Shown here: piece by piece, positions 49,667-58,849 of the stretch | Numbering within the stretch: position 1 is the stretch's first letter | Layout of the letters: every line of letters starts with the position of its first letter | Source: an uncultured Planctomycetia bacterium | Lineage (GTDB): Bacteria > Omnitrophota > Gorgyraeia > Tantalellales > Tantalellaceae | Direction of reading: 5' to 3' | Assembly: GCA_964409365.1 (NCBI GenBank) | Contig: CAYPCX010000003.1 | Coordinates: forward strand, 20,577 to 84,576 | DNA: 64,000 nucleotides | The notes under the pieces: model-generated | The model's input: the letters and a program-made list of their open reading frames with translations, nothing else | Databases searched by the model: none | What the model was told of the DNA's origin: nothing | Program-made: the position numbers and the translations under genes

Positions 49667-50886
49667 TGCGCGGGAAAAAATGGACCATAACCGGGTGGGC
49701 CCTGTACGATTTCGCGAACACCATCTTCTCGATGAACATCATATCCCTTTACTTCGTTCTCTGGGTGACCATCGATAAAGCGGGTGAAGATATCCTGTAC
49801 AGCATCGCGCTTTCCGGGTCATTGTTCGTCGCGGCCGTCATGGAACCGCTCCTCGGGACCATTTCGGATATCTACAAAAAGAGGATGCCTTTTCTTATTT
49901 TCTTCACGTGCCTCGCGTGTTTGCTGACGATCGTTCTCGGAGGCGTAAAAGGGGTCCTTATCGGCCTTTTCGTCTTTGCGCTTGCGAATATCGCTTTCCA
50001 GACCGCGGCGGTCTTTTACAACGCTCTACTCGCCTTTATCTGCGACCGGAAGGAGATCGGCAGGGTGTCCGGCCTGGGCGTCGGGCTCGGATACGTCGGG
50101 GCTATTACGGGGCTTCTGGCGACCAAGCCCTTTGCCCTGAAATACGGGTACCAGGCGGCGTTCATTCCTACCGCGGTGCTTTTTTTCATTTTCTCGTTGC
50201 CGTGTTTCATACTCGTGAAAGAGACTCCCCCCGTGAACAAGCTCCGGCCCGAAATGAGCATGGGGAAGGTGTACAGGAGGATAAAAGGGACCTTCGTGGA
50301 TTCCGAAAGATATCCGGGGCTCAGACGCTTCCTCCTTGGGGCGTTCATATTCCTGAACGCCGTCAACACGGCGATCGTGTTCATGTCGGTATACGTGAAA
50401 AAAGTGGGAGATTTTCCCGACAGCGAGCTCATACCGCTTTATATCGTATCGACGGTGATGGCGATAGCAGGGGCCCTTGTCTCCGGGATAGCGGCGGATA
50501 AACTTGGAGCGAAAAGGGCCGTTATCGCTTCTCTGGTGTTCTGGATGTTCGCGATCATCGCCGGTTCTTCCGCGTTCACCAGACCGATGTTCTGGACAGC
50601 CGGCCCGCTGATGGGGATCGCCCTCGGGTCGATATGGACCACCTCAAGGGCCTGGGTCGTCAAACTCTGCCCCGAAGAGAAAATAGGCGAGGTTTTCGGC
50701 CTGCTCGGGACGGTCGGCAAATCAGCCGCCATAGTCGGTCCCCTGGTGTGGGGGCTTTCTATCCTCGTTTTCGGTTTTATGGGCGTGGCTAAATACAGGA
50801 TGGCAATGCTCATACAGGGTTTTTTCATCCTTTTGGGCTGGCTGGTAATAAGAGGCGTGCCGGAAGATAAGGCCGCCGCGGAGTGA
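49666..50886 (+). CDS. MFS transporter (UMF1/ATG22-like)
   Basis: WALYDFAN, FYNALL, GRVSG, 12 TM. Confidence 0.88.
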   Translation: MRGKKWTITGWALYDFANTIFSMNIISLYFVLWVTIDKAGEDILYSIALSGSLFVAAVMEPLLGTISDIYKKRMPFLIFFTCLACLLTIVLGGVKGVLIGLFVFALANIAFQTAAVFYNALLAFICDRKEIGRVSGLGVGLGYVGAITGLLATKPFALKYGYQAAFIPTAVLFFIFSLPCFILVKETPPVNKLRPEMSMGKVYRRIKGTFVDSERYPGLRRFLLGAFIFLNAVNTAIVFMSVYVKKVGDFPDSELIPLYIVSTVMAIAGALVSGIAADKLGAKRAVIASLVFWMFAIIAGSSAFTRPMFWTAGPLMGIALGSIWTTSRAWVVKLCPEEKIGEVFGLLGTVGKSAAIVGPLVWGLSILVFGFMGVAKYRMAMLIQGFFILLGWLVIRGVPEDKAAAE

Positions 50887-50889
50887 CGA

Positions 50890-53601
50890 ATGACGAATAA
50901 CCTGTGGAAAAGACTGGAAGGAACGGCGGCGGAGTACCGCGGTAAAACGGCCATCCGTTATTTAAAGGACGGGTCCTGGACAGGCATCACATACGACGGA
51001 TTGCGGGACCGTATAAGGTCCCTTTCGCCCTTCCTGCTCGGGGAAGGGATAAAAAAAGGTGACAGGGTAGGCATCCTGATGGAGAACCGGCCGGAATGGC
51101 CGGTGGTGTTCTTTTCCGTCCTTTCTGTCGGGGGGGTCGTGATACCTCTTAACACCGATTCCCCGGCCGAGGAGATCGGCAACATCCTGAGCGATTCCGG
51201 AACAGTGATGCTGTTCACCGGCAGGGTTCTTTCCGCCCCGGCCGGCGAGATCCTGTCGCGAAGCCCGTCCGTAAAAAAGGTCATCTCTGTCGATTCTCCG
51301 GAATTCGCCGAAGCCGCGGCAAGGCCCGGTGGCGCGGCGGAAGAAGAGACGGCCGCCGGGGATCTGGCCTGCATTTTGTACACTTCGGGGACCACGCAGG
51401 CACCCAAAGGGGTGATGCTCACTCACGGCAACCTTCTTTCCAATTGCCGGTCGCTTTTCAAACTGGGCATCGTCACCCCGGAAGACAGCATTATTTCGAT
51501 CCTGCCGCTGTTCCACACGTATCCCCTGACCAGCACCGTTCTCCTCCCGCTGTTGTACGGGGGCACTATAATCTACCCCGGCACCATGCGCGGCGAAGAG
51601 GTCCTCGCGGCGATGAGAGAGACGCGTCCGACCGTATTCGTGGCCGTTCCCCAGATCTACCATTCGTTTCACCGGAAGATCACGGAGGCCCTTAAGAAGG
51701 TGCCGTTCCCTCTGAACCTGTTCCTCGGCATGTCGACGGCGCTCCTTCACAAGCTCAGGAAGGCGACGGGCATCAACCTGTCACGGTACCTGCTTTATGG
51801 CGTCCACAAAAAGTTCGGAAGAGCCATGCGCCTGTTCATAAGCGGCGGGGCAAAACTTGACGAGGACGTCGGTCGGGATCTTTTCAGGCTGGGTTTTACG
51901 ATACTCGAGGGGTACGGCCTTACGGAGACTTCGCCGGTCCTCACGTTCAACCCGCAGGAAAGGCCAAAAACAGGTTCGGTCGGCCTTCCGGTGCCTGATG
52001 TGGAGATCAAGATCGATAACATGAACGAGGAGGGTGTCGGGGAAGTACTGGCCCGCGGGCCGAACGTAATGAAAGGGTACCATAACAGGCCCGGACAGAC
52101 GGCAAGCGTCCTGAAAGACGGTTGGTTCCATACCGGCGATCTCGGGTACCTGGACGAGGACGGTTATCTTTTCCTGACAGGTAGGGCCAAGGACGTCATC
52201 GTGCTGAGCTCCGGGGTCAACGTGTATCCTGAAGAGGTAGAGGAAGCTTACATGGCCCAGGCCCCGGTCAGCAAGATGTGCGTTTTCGACCTCCCCCAGA
52301 AAAAAGGCAAGGTCGCCGGCCTCGCGCTATGGGCCGTGGTGGTCCCGGACCTCGGGTTCTTCAGAAAATACGGCGAGGTGAACCTCCGCGCGGTGATAAA
52401 AGAGAGGTTCGATAACGTCTCCCGGGCGCTTCCGCCGTACAAACGTCTCATGGGTTTCACGATAACGCTCGACGAATTGCCGCATACACCCCTCGGGAAG
52501 ATAAAAAGATACGCCGTAAAAGAGATCTACACGCAGGCGGCGCTGCAGGAAACACCGGAAGCGAAGGCGGGACCTTCACCGGAAGACCTCGAAATGATGT
52601 CAACGGAGACGGGAAAGAGGATCATCCGCTATCTGGAGGACCAGACCCGCGTGGAAGGAAGGATCATGCCGGCGGACCTCCTGGAGCTTGACCTGGGGAT
52701 AGATTCGCTGGGAAGGATAGAGCTCGCGGCGGGGCTTGAGCAGGTATTCGGCATAAAGATAGAGGACGAGATAATAGGAAGATCTTTCACGGTAAGAGAC
52801 CTGATCACGGGCATCGAACCCCTGCTCCGGGAAAAAGAAAGCCGTCCGGTCCTCGCCGGGAGAGAAGCGGTCGTCCCCGAAAGCTGGAAAAGAACCCTTG
52901 ATATCCCGCCTGAAAAAGAGAACCTGGACAAGATCGACCTTGACCCCGGGCCGATATCCTGGTTCGGCGGGTTCATGTTCATTTGCCTTAATAAAGTTTT
53001 TTTCAGGATATTCAACAGTTTGAGCGCCGAGGGACAGGGTAACATCCCGAAGCACGGGCCGTTCATGATGTACGTGAACCATACCAGTTACTTCGACGGC
53101 CTTGTTGTCGCGTCCACCTTGCCGCGGTTCCCGAGGCTCGATCTTTTCTTTGTGGGGTTCAGGCCTTACTTCAATGTCCCCGTTATCCGCAATCTTATCA
53201 AGATAGGCAGGATCATACCGCTGGATTTTTCGGCGCACCTTTTGGAGGCGATGAGAAGCTGCTATTACGTCCTGAAGAACGGGAAGGCGCTGTGCCTTTT
53301 TCCGGAAGGATTGCGCACTCTTGACGGCCGGGTAGGCGTTTTCAAAAAAGGGTTCGGTATACTGGCGAAAGAGACGAACGCGCAACTGGTGCCGGTAGTG
53401 ATAGAAGGGGCCTTCCGGTCATGGCCCAGGACCAGTAAATTCCCGAAGCGGCACCCGATAAAGGTCATATATGGCGAACCGCTGGACGTTGAAAAGGCGG
53501 AAAGGGAGGGCCTCGCGCTCGGCGCGAAAGACAGTTACGAAGCTATCTGCCTCGGCGCGCGCGCGGCCCTGGTAAGACTTCAGCAAGAGCGGCGCCCCTG
53601 A
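50890..53601 (+). CDS. Long-chain acyl-CoA/ACP synthetase-ACP-acyltransferase fusion
   Basis: YTSGTT...PKG, GYGLTE, LGIDSL carrier serine, NHTSYFD and FPEG PlsC motifs. Confidence 0.92.
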   Translation: MTNNLWKRLEGTAAEYRGKTAIRYLKDGSWTGITYDGLRDRIRSLSPFLLGEGIKKGDRVGILMENRPEWPVVFFSVLSVGGVVIPLNTDSPAEEIGNILSDSGTVMLFTGRVLSAPAGEILSRSPSVKKVISVDSPEFAEAAARPGGAAEEETAAGDLACILYTSGTTQAPKGVMLTHGNLLSNCRSLFKLGIVTPEDSIISILPLFHTYPLTSTVLLPLLYGGTIIYPGTMRGEEVLAAMRETRPTVFVAVPQIYHSFHRKITEALKKVPFPLNLFLGMSTALLHKLRKATGINLSRYLLYGVHKKFGRAMRLFISGGAKLDEDVGRDLFRLGFTILEGYGLTETSPVLTFNPQERPKTGSVGLPVPDVEIKIDNMNEEGVGEVLARGPNVMKGYHNRPGQTASVLKDGWFHTGDLGYLDEDGYLFLTGRAKDVIVLSSGVNVYPEEVEEAYMAQAPVSKMCVFDLPQKKGKVAGLALWAVVVPDLGFFRKYGEVNLRAVIKERFDNVSRALPPYKRLMGFTITLDELPHTPLGKIKRYAVKEIYTQAALQETPEAKAGPSPEDLEMMSTETGKRIIRYLEDQTRVEGRIMPADLLELDLGIDSLGRIELAAGLEQVFGIKIEDEIIGRSFTVRDLITGIEPLLREKESRPVLAGREAVVPESWKRTLDIPPEKENLDKIDLDPGPISWFGGFMFICLNKVFFRIFNSLSAEGQGNIPKHGPFMMYVNHTSYFDGLVVASTLPRFPRLDLFFVGFRPYFNVPVIRNLIKIGRIIPLDFSAHLLEAMRSCYYVLKNGKALCLFPEGLRTLDGRVGVFKKGFGILAKETNAQLVPVVIEGAFRSWPRTSKFPKRHPIKVIYGEPLDVEKAEREGLALGAKDSYEAICLGARAALVRLQQERRP

Positions 53602-53640
53602 TGCCTTGCAAAACCGATAGCCAATGAACGGAGGTGTAGC

Positions 53641-53853
53641 GTGAAGATCTTTAAAATGTTAGTTTCGGTCGCGGCAGTGATAGTTTTTCTTATATGCGTA
53701 TATTCCTTCCTGCTGGGCAACGAGGTGTTCAAGGGCAATTTCAGGAACGACGCGATCGCCTGGTACTTCCTCGCGAAAGGGATATTCTGCTCGCTGGCGC
53801 TTTATCTCTTGGCGCGTATCCTCGAGTCGTTGGCGATAAAGAACAGGCAGTAA
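53641..53853 (+). CDS. Small two-TM protein
   Basis: SD GGAGGT before GTG; YFLAKGIF. Confidence 0.7.
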   Translation: MKIFKMLVSVAAVIVFLICVYSFLLGNEVFKGNFRNDAIAWYFLAKGIFCSLALYLLARILESLAIKNRQ

Positions 53854-53934
53854 AAATATTTAACATTAATACTTGCCAAATCTTAAAGTATTGGTTAATA
53901 TTACGTTAACGGAAAAAACTGTAAAGGCAGTAAA

Positions 53935-54630
53935 ATGGATGACAATTTGATAGCCGTAGTTGACGATGACCCCGGTATCGTTTCCACGATAACCGAGTTC
54001 CTTTCGAAGCAGGGGTACCGGGTCAAAGGCCTCCATGACGGGAAAGCGCTTTTTTCTTACCTTGAAAAAGAGAGGCCCGATCTTATTATCCTCGACCTCG
54101 TACTCCCCGGGATGAACGGGTTCGAAATATGCCAGACCCTTAAAGGCAAAGAAAGGTTCTCGGGGATCCCCATTATCATACTTTCCGGGAAAACGGAAGA
54201 AGACGACAAGGTCTCGGGGCTGGACCTGGGCGCCGACGATTACATGATCAAACCTTTCTCCCTTAACGAACTCAAATCCAGGATAACGGCCGTGCTCAGG
54301 AGAGGCGGCCCCGAGGAGGTCGAGGAAAAGATAAGCGTGGGGGACATCCTGGAAATAGACCTGAAAAAATACCAGGTCAGGGTCAAAGGAGAGCTGGTAG
54401 ACCTCACACCTACCGAGTTCAAGATACTGGAACTTCTGTCTTCGAGGCGCGGCCAGGTCTTCAAGAGGGACCGGATCCTCGACTATCTCTGGGGAGAAGA
54501 AAAAGTCGTTATCGAGCGCACTATAGACGTTCATATCAGGCACCTGAGGGAAAAACTCGGTGACGCCGGCGATTTCATCAAGAACGTAAGAGGGATAGGG
54601 TACAAGCTGGAAGAAGGACCCGAAAGCTGA
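53935..54630 (+). CDS. OmpR/PhoB-family response regulator (no adjacent kinase)
   Basis: VVDDD, LDLVLP, GADDY.KPF, RTIDVHIRHLREKL, VRGIGY. Confidence 0.95.
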   Translation: MDDNLIAVVDDDPGIVSTITEFLSKQGYRVKGLHDGKALFSYLEKERPDLIILDLVLPGMNGFEICQTLKGKERFSGIPIIILSGKTEEDDKVSGLDLGADDYMIKPFSLNELKSRITAVLRRGGPEEVEEKISVGDILEIDLKKYQVRVKGELVDLTPTEFKILELLSSRRGQVFKRDRILDYLWGEEKVVIERTIDVHIRHLREKLGDAGDFIKNVRGIGYKLEEGPES

Positions 54631-54651
54631 TAATCCGACGAAAATTCTTTT

Positions 54652-54684
54652 AAAGGCCGCGTTATCACGCGGCTTTTTGTTTTT
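54652..54684 (+). terminator. Rho-independent terminator
   Basis: GCCGCGT-TATC-ACGCGGC then TTTTTGTTTTT. Confidence 0.85.
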
Positions 54685-54708
54685 ATCGCTAAAGGACCAG
54701 GAGGAAAA

Positions 54709-55218
54709 ATGAGCGTCTTTCCATACGGTAACAGGGTGATATCCGCGATAACGGTACTTTTCTTTTGCGCGGCCGTGATCCTGCCGGCAGGCGACCTGCC
54801 GGCCCAGGGCGCGTACACCACCCGGCAGGCGAGCAGGGCGGCAGACGACGCGGAACTGACCGACGACCTGGACAAAAAGCTCGACAAAACGATAAAAGTG
54901 CTCCAGGTGATAAAAAGGGAACTGAAGGATCTCGACCTCGGGGAAGAACCGGCCGCCAAAGCGGCGCCGCAGAGTGCCGCCGCCGCGCCCGAGGACGAAA
55001 GCGCCTGGGCCGACAACCTGCGCAGGCTGATAAGCAAGCTGCGCAAGATCCTTTCCGCGGTCAGGAAGGTCGCCGCGGAAGTGGAGGACGAGCCGCGCGC
55101 CAAAAGCTCCACCCCGGCCGAGCAGGAAGCCCTGAAAAAAGACCTGAGCGACAACCTGGATAAGACCATAAAAGCGATGCAGGTGATCAAGGAAGAACTG
55201 GACAAGGATTTAGACTGA
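54709..55218 (+). CDS. Exported helical protein with internal repeat
   Basis: Signal peptide; LDKTIKVLQVIKRELKD repeated as LDKTIKAMQVIKEELDK; SD AGGAGG. Confidence 0.75.
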   Translation: MSVFPYGNRVISAITVLFFCAAVILPAGDLPAQGAYTTRQASRAADDAELTDDLDKKLDKTIKVLQVIKRELKDLDLGEEPAAKAAPQSAAAAPEDESAWADNLRRLISKLRKILSAVRKVAAEVEDEPRAKSSTPAEQEALKKDLSDNLDKTIKAMQVIKEELDKDLD

Positions 55219-55712
55219 TGGAAACATTTGAAGCCATATCAAAAAGGGCCAGCGTAAGAAAGTACCTGGCAAGATCCATAGACAGACAGCTGCTGGAAAA
55301 GCTTGTTGACGCGGGAAGGCGCGCGCCGACCGCGCGGGCCGTGGAACCCTGGGAGTTCGTCGTCGTGACCGACAGGAACGTGCTGAAAAAGCTGGGCGAG
55401 GTGGCAAGCACCGGACCGTTCATCGGTGATGCGGCAAGCTGCATAGCCGTGTTCTCACAGGACACCAAGTATTACCTCGAGGACGGGTGCGCCGCCACGG
55501 AGAACATCCTGATAGAAGCGGCCGACCTGGGCTTGGGCGCCTGCTGGGTGGCCGGTGACAAGAAGCCGTATGCGCAGGAAGTAGCCGATATTCTCGGAGC
55601 ATCCGGCAGCCTGAAGCTCGTAAGCCTTATATCGCTCGGCTGGCCCGCGGACGAGCCCCGGCAGACCAAGAACCGCAACACAAAAGACGTTATCCATTGG
55701 GAAAGATTTTAA
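55218..55712 (+). CDS. Nitroreductase family protein
   Basis: RASVRKY, APTA...PWEFVVV, LGLGACW. Confidence 0.92.
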   Translation: METFEAISKRASVRKYLARSIDRQLLEKLVDAGRRAPTARAVEPWEFVVVTDRNVLKKLGEVASTGPFIGDAASCIAVFSQDTKYYLEDGCAATENILIEAADLGLGACWVAGDKKPYAQEVADILGASGSLKLVSLISLGWPADEPRQTKNRNTKDVIHWERF

Positions 55713-55728
55713 CGACCGGCCTTTGCAT

Positions 55729-56898
55729 ATGACGGCACGCACACTAAGCGTTTTGATGATGGCGGCTTTCTCCAGCATGATCGGGATGGGGGTTATATCC
55801 CCGTTCCTCCCGGGGTTCGCCAAAGAGCACGGAGCCAACGGTTTCTGGCTCGGCATGATCTTTGCCGGTTTCGGGCTCTCGCGCATGGTCATAATGCCTT
55901 TTGTCGGGAGGGTCTCCGACCGTATAGGACGAAAGGTATTCGTCGCGGCGGGCCTTGCGCTTTACACCGTGGTATCGATGCTTTATCCAAGGGCCGACAA
56001 CGTCAAAGAACTGACGGCCATCAGGATGATACACGGGCTGGCAGTAGGCATGATCATTCCCATCGTCATGGCGTATATGGGCGACCTGGCCGAAAAGGGA
56101 AAAGAGGGTTTGAGGGCCGGGACCCTTAATATGATGTTCTACACCGGTCTTGCCGCGGGGCCTATCCTGGGCGGGTTGATATGCGAGCTTTACGGCTTCG
56201 CGGCGGTATTCCACGCGATGACCGCCCTCGGCGCTTTCGCTTTTTTAGTTGTGCTCATCTTTCTTCCGGCCCTTAAAGGCGAGGGCACACAAGCGGAGGT
56301 ACCTCCTTTCAACTTCCACAGCCTGATAAGGTACAGCCTCATAAAGACCGTCCTTATCAGCGCGGTAGCGATCGCTTTGATGGTGTCCGTGTTCATGTCT
56401 TTTCTCCCGTCGCTGGCGGCGCGGATAAATATAGACCTTTACCATATCGGGCTGATAATCTCGGTCGGCATTTTTCTGGCGGGGCTCTTCCAGATCCCGT
56501 TCGGCCGGCTTTCCGACCGGCTCGACAGGACGGGAAAGATGATACAGGTCGGTATAGGTATCTCTGTCGGCATGCTCGCCCTTTTTGTGATGCCGTTCTG
56601 CCCGGACTTTCACATGCTTATTACCGCCGGCGCTATCCTGGGGATCGGCGCCGCTATATCGGCGCCCGCTCTCATGAGCGTATCCATCGGGATAGGGCGG
56701 GAATCAGGCATGGGCGCGTGGATGGGCGTATTCAACACGGCGATGTCCGTAGGCATGGCGATCACCCCCCTGATCGCCGGCATAGTGATGGACCTGCTCG
56801 GGATCGACTGTGTCTTTTACCTTTTCGGCATACTGGCCGCGTTCATCATACTCGGGTCTATCCATTTTTTCCGCAGAAGACTGTTCAAGCTGAACTGA
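55729..56898 (+). CDS. MFS transporter (DHA1-like)
   Basis: GRVSDRIGRK motif A, GPILGG, 12 TM; start uncertain. Confidence 0.9.
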   Translation: MTARTLSVLMMAAFSSMIGMGVISPFLPGFAKEHGANGFWLGMIFAGFGLSRMVIMPFVGRVSDRIGRKVFVAAGLALYTVVSMLYPRADNVKELTAIRMIHGLAVGMIIPIVMAYMGDLAEKGKEGLRAGTLNMMFYTGLAAGPILGGLICELYGFAAVFHAMTALGAFAFLVVLIFLPALKGEGTQAEVPPFNFHSLIRYSLIKTVLISAVAIALMVSVFMSFLPSLAARINIDLYHIGLIISVGIFLAGLFQIPFGRLSDRLDRTGKMIQVGIGISVGMLALFVMPFCPDFHMLITAGAILGIGAAISAPALMSVSIGIGRESGMGAWMGVFNTAMSVGMAITPLIAGIVMDLLGIDCVFYLFGILAAFIILGSIHFFRRRLFKLN

Positions 56899-56946
56899 AC
56901 GTAGAATTAATATCATTTCATGTTATAATATATGACCGGTTGTATC

Positions 56947-56976
56947 GTACACACCCGATGTGTACACACCCGAAGT
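56947..56976 (+). repeat. Tandem 15-bp repeat related to the dispersed palindrome (copy 3)
   Basis: gtacacacccgatgt gtacacacccgaagt. Confidence 0.8.
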
Positions 56977-56995
56977 ATAGATCGGAGGTCTTTTT

Positions 56996-57136
56996 ATGGG
57001 GATGAAACACAGGAAAAGGATAAAATACAAACAGAGGCAAAAAAGGAAGAAAAAACGCCTTAAGCTCGCGGCCCAGGGCCTCGACCCCAAGGATTACTAC
57101 TGCGGAAGGTTTTACGTGGGCACGAAGGAGGCCTAA
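56996..57136 (+). CDS. Small basic protein (46 aa), absent from ORF track
   Basis: MGMKHRKRIKYKQRQKRKKKRLKLAAQGLDPKDYYCGRFYVGTKEA; SD GGAGGT 56984-56989; extended -10 TGTTATAAT 56921-56929. Confidence 0.75.
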   Translation: MGMKHRKRIKYKQRQKRKKKRLKLAAQGLDPKDYYCGRFYVGTKEA

Positions 57137-57142
57137 ACAGCG

Positions 57143-58744
57143 ATGCGCACCTGGCAACATATCGCAATATTGCTGCTCGTGTCGTCGTTCCTGTACTTTT
57201 TCGCGCTGGGCGGCATGCCGTTAACGGACCCTGACGAGACTTTTTACGCCGAGACGGCGAAAGAGATGGCCGGTTCCGGCGAATGGATAACGCCGACCAT
57301 ATTCGGCAAGCCGCAGTTCGAAAAGCCGATTCTTTATTACTGGCTGGTCGAGATCAGCTATAAACTCTTCGGAGTGACCGAATTTTCGTCGCGGCTGCCT
57401 TCGGCCGTTTTCGGCGTGATCGGCGTCATAGGGGTATACCTTCTCGGCAGGGTATTGTTCTCGCCGCTGTGCGGCCTGCTTTCGGCCCTTGCGATGTCCA
57501 CGTCCGCGCTTTACATAGTTCTGGCAAGGGCGTGCGTCACCGACATCGTGCTCACCGTCTTCATCCTTTTTTGCATGCTGCTTTTTATCCTCGGGTGGCA
57601 GAGCGGTAAAAAGATATGGTATATGGTGGCGGCGGCCATGGCCGCCTTCGCCGTCCTCACTAAAGGGCCGATAGGTCTGTTGATACCCGGCGCGGCCCTG
57701 GCAGCTTACGTCGCGGCAGGCAGGCGATGGAGACAACTGGGGCGTATACCGCTATTTTGGAGCATACTGGTCTTTTTGGCCGTAAGCCTTCCCTGGTACG
57801 TGATGGTAACGCGTATCCACGGAGGGGATTTTCTGTCTCATTTCTTCGGTTTCCAGAACGTGACGAGGTTCCTCGTGCCGGAACACCGGCTCGGGAGCAC
57901 GCCTCTTTTTTATATACCGATCGTCCTGGGGGGGATATTCCCCTGGACGCCTTTCCTTGTTTTCGGCGCCTGGCATCTGTATAAAAAGGGCACGGAAGGC
58001 GCGCGTCTGGCCGGCAGCCGGCTGTTCCTCGCTGCCTGGTTCCTTACGGTATTTGTCTTCTTTACGGTAGCGCGCACGAAGCTGGTCACGTATATCTTCC
58101 CGCTTTTTCCGGTACTTGCCGTTGTCAGCGGCAGGTTCTGGGAGGCATATATCCGTGACGGCCGTAACAGACGCTCAGACGTAATGATGAACCTGTCTTT
58201 CGGCCTTTTGCTTCTGGTGAGCCTCGCGGGGCAGGTGGCAGCGTTTTTCGTGATAAAAGCAAGGTACGGCGATATCGCATGGCCCGTACTGTCGGTCCTT
58301 TCTTTTTTTACGGCGGCGGTAGTTGTCTCGTACCTTTTCGTCATTAAAGGTAAGGGATACAAGTCGTTCTTCACCCTTGTCCTCGCCGTCATGGTGCTTG
58401 TCCTGCCGTTCGGGGCGCGTATAGCGCCGGCCATAGCCACTATCGAGTCCAGTAAACCCCTTGCCGAGATCCTCGGGTCCGTTGCCGGGGCGGAAGAGGC
58501 CGTCGCGGGGGAATGCGACCACAGGCGGGGTATCGCTTTCTATTCGGGCAGAACGGATATAGAGGATGTTCACCCTTACCATGACCTCGGCCTTTTTGTC
58601 TCCAGAAAGGACAGGGTCTGGGCTATTATCCAGGACAAACATTTCGCCCAGCTGAAGATTAATAAATCCGATCTTCCTCTTGAGGTGGTAGCCGTATCAG
58701 GCGAATACGTGCTCATTACCAATAAACCTTATAAAAGACGGTAG
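57143..58744 (+). CDS. ArnT/PMT-like GT-C glycosyltransferase
   Basis: DPDETFY, FEKPILYYW, LTKGP, TKLVTYIFP. Confidence 0.9.
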   Translation: MRTWQHIAILLLVSSFLYFFALGGMPLTDPDETFYAETAKEMAGSGEWITPTIFGKPQFEKPILYYWLVEISYKLFGVTEFSSRLPSAVFGVIGVIGVYLLGRVLFSPLCGLLSALAMSTSALYIVLARACVTDIVLTVFILFCMLLFILGWQSGKKIWYMVAAAMAAFAVLTKGPIGLLIPGAALAAYVAAGRRWRQLGRIPLFWSILVFLAVSLPWYVMVTRIHGGDFLSHFFGFQNVTRFLVPEHRLGSTPLFYIPIVLGGIFPWTPFLVFGAWHLYKKGTEGARLAGSRLFLAAWFLTVFVFFTVARTKLVTYIFPLFPVLAVVSGRFWEAYIRDGRNRRSDVMMNLSFGLLLLVSLAGQVAAFFVIKARYGDIAWPVLSVLSFFTAAVVVSYLFVIKGKGYKSFFTLVLAVMVLVLPFGARIAPAIATIESSKPLAEILGSVAGAEEAVAGECDHRRGIAFYSGRTDIEDVHPYHDLGLFVSRKDRVWAIIQDKHFAQLKINKSDLPLEVVAVSGEYVLITNKPYKRR

Positions 58745-58762
58745 GGAGGGCGGGCTTTTTCG

Positions 58763-58830
58763 TTGCTTTACGCCCGCAGTATGATATAATGTACCTGCTA
58801 AAAGCCCCGAAGATCAGGCTTCCGGGGGTC
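58763..58830 (+). promoter_or_regulatory. Promoter and leader hairpin of radical SAM operon
   Basis: TTGCTT 58763, extended -10 TGATATAAT 58782-58790, hairpin CCCCGAAG/CTTCCGGGG. Confidence 0.55.
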
Positions 58831-58849
58831 AAACACAAAAAAGGATAAA

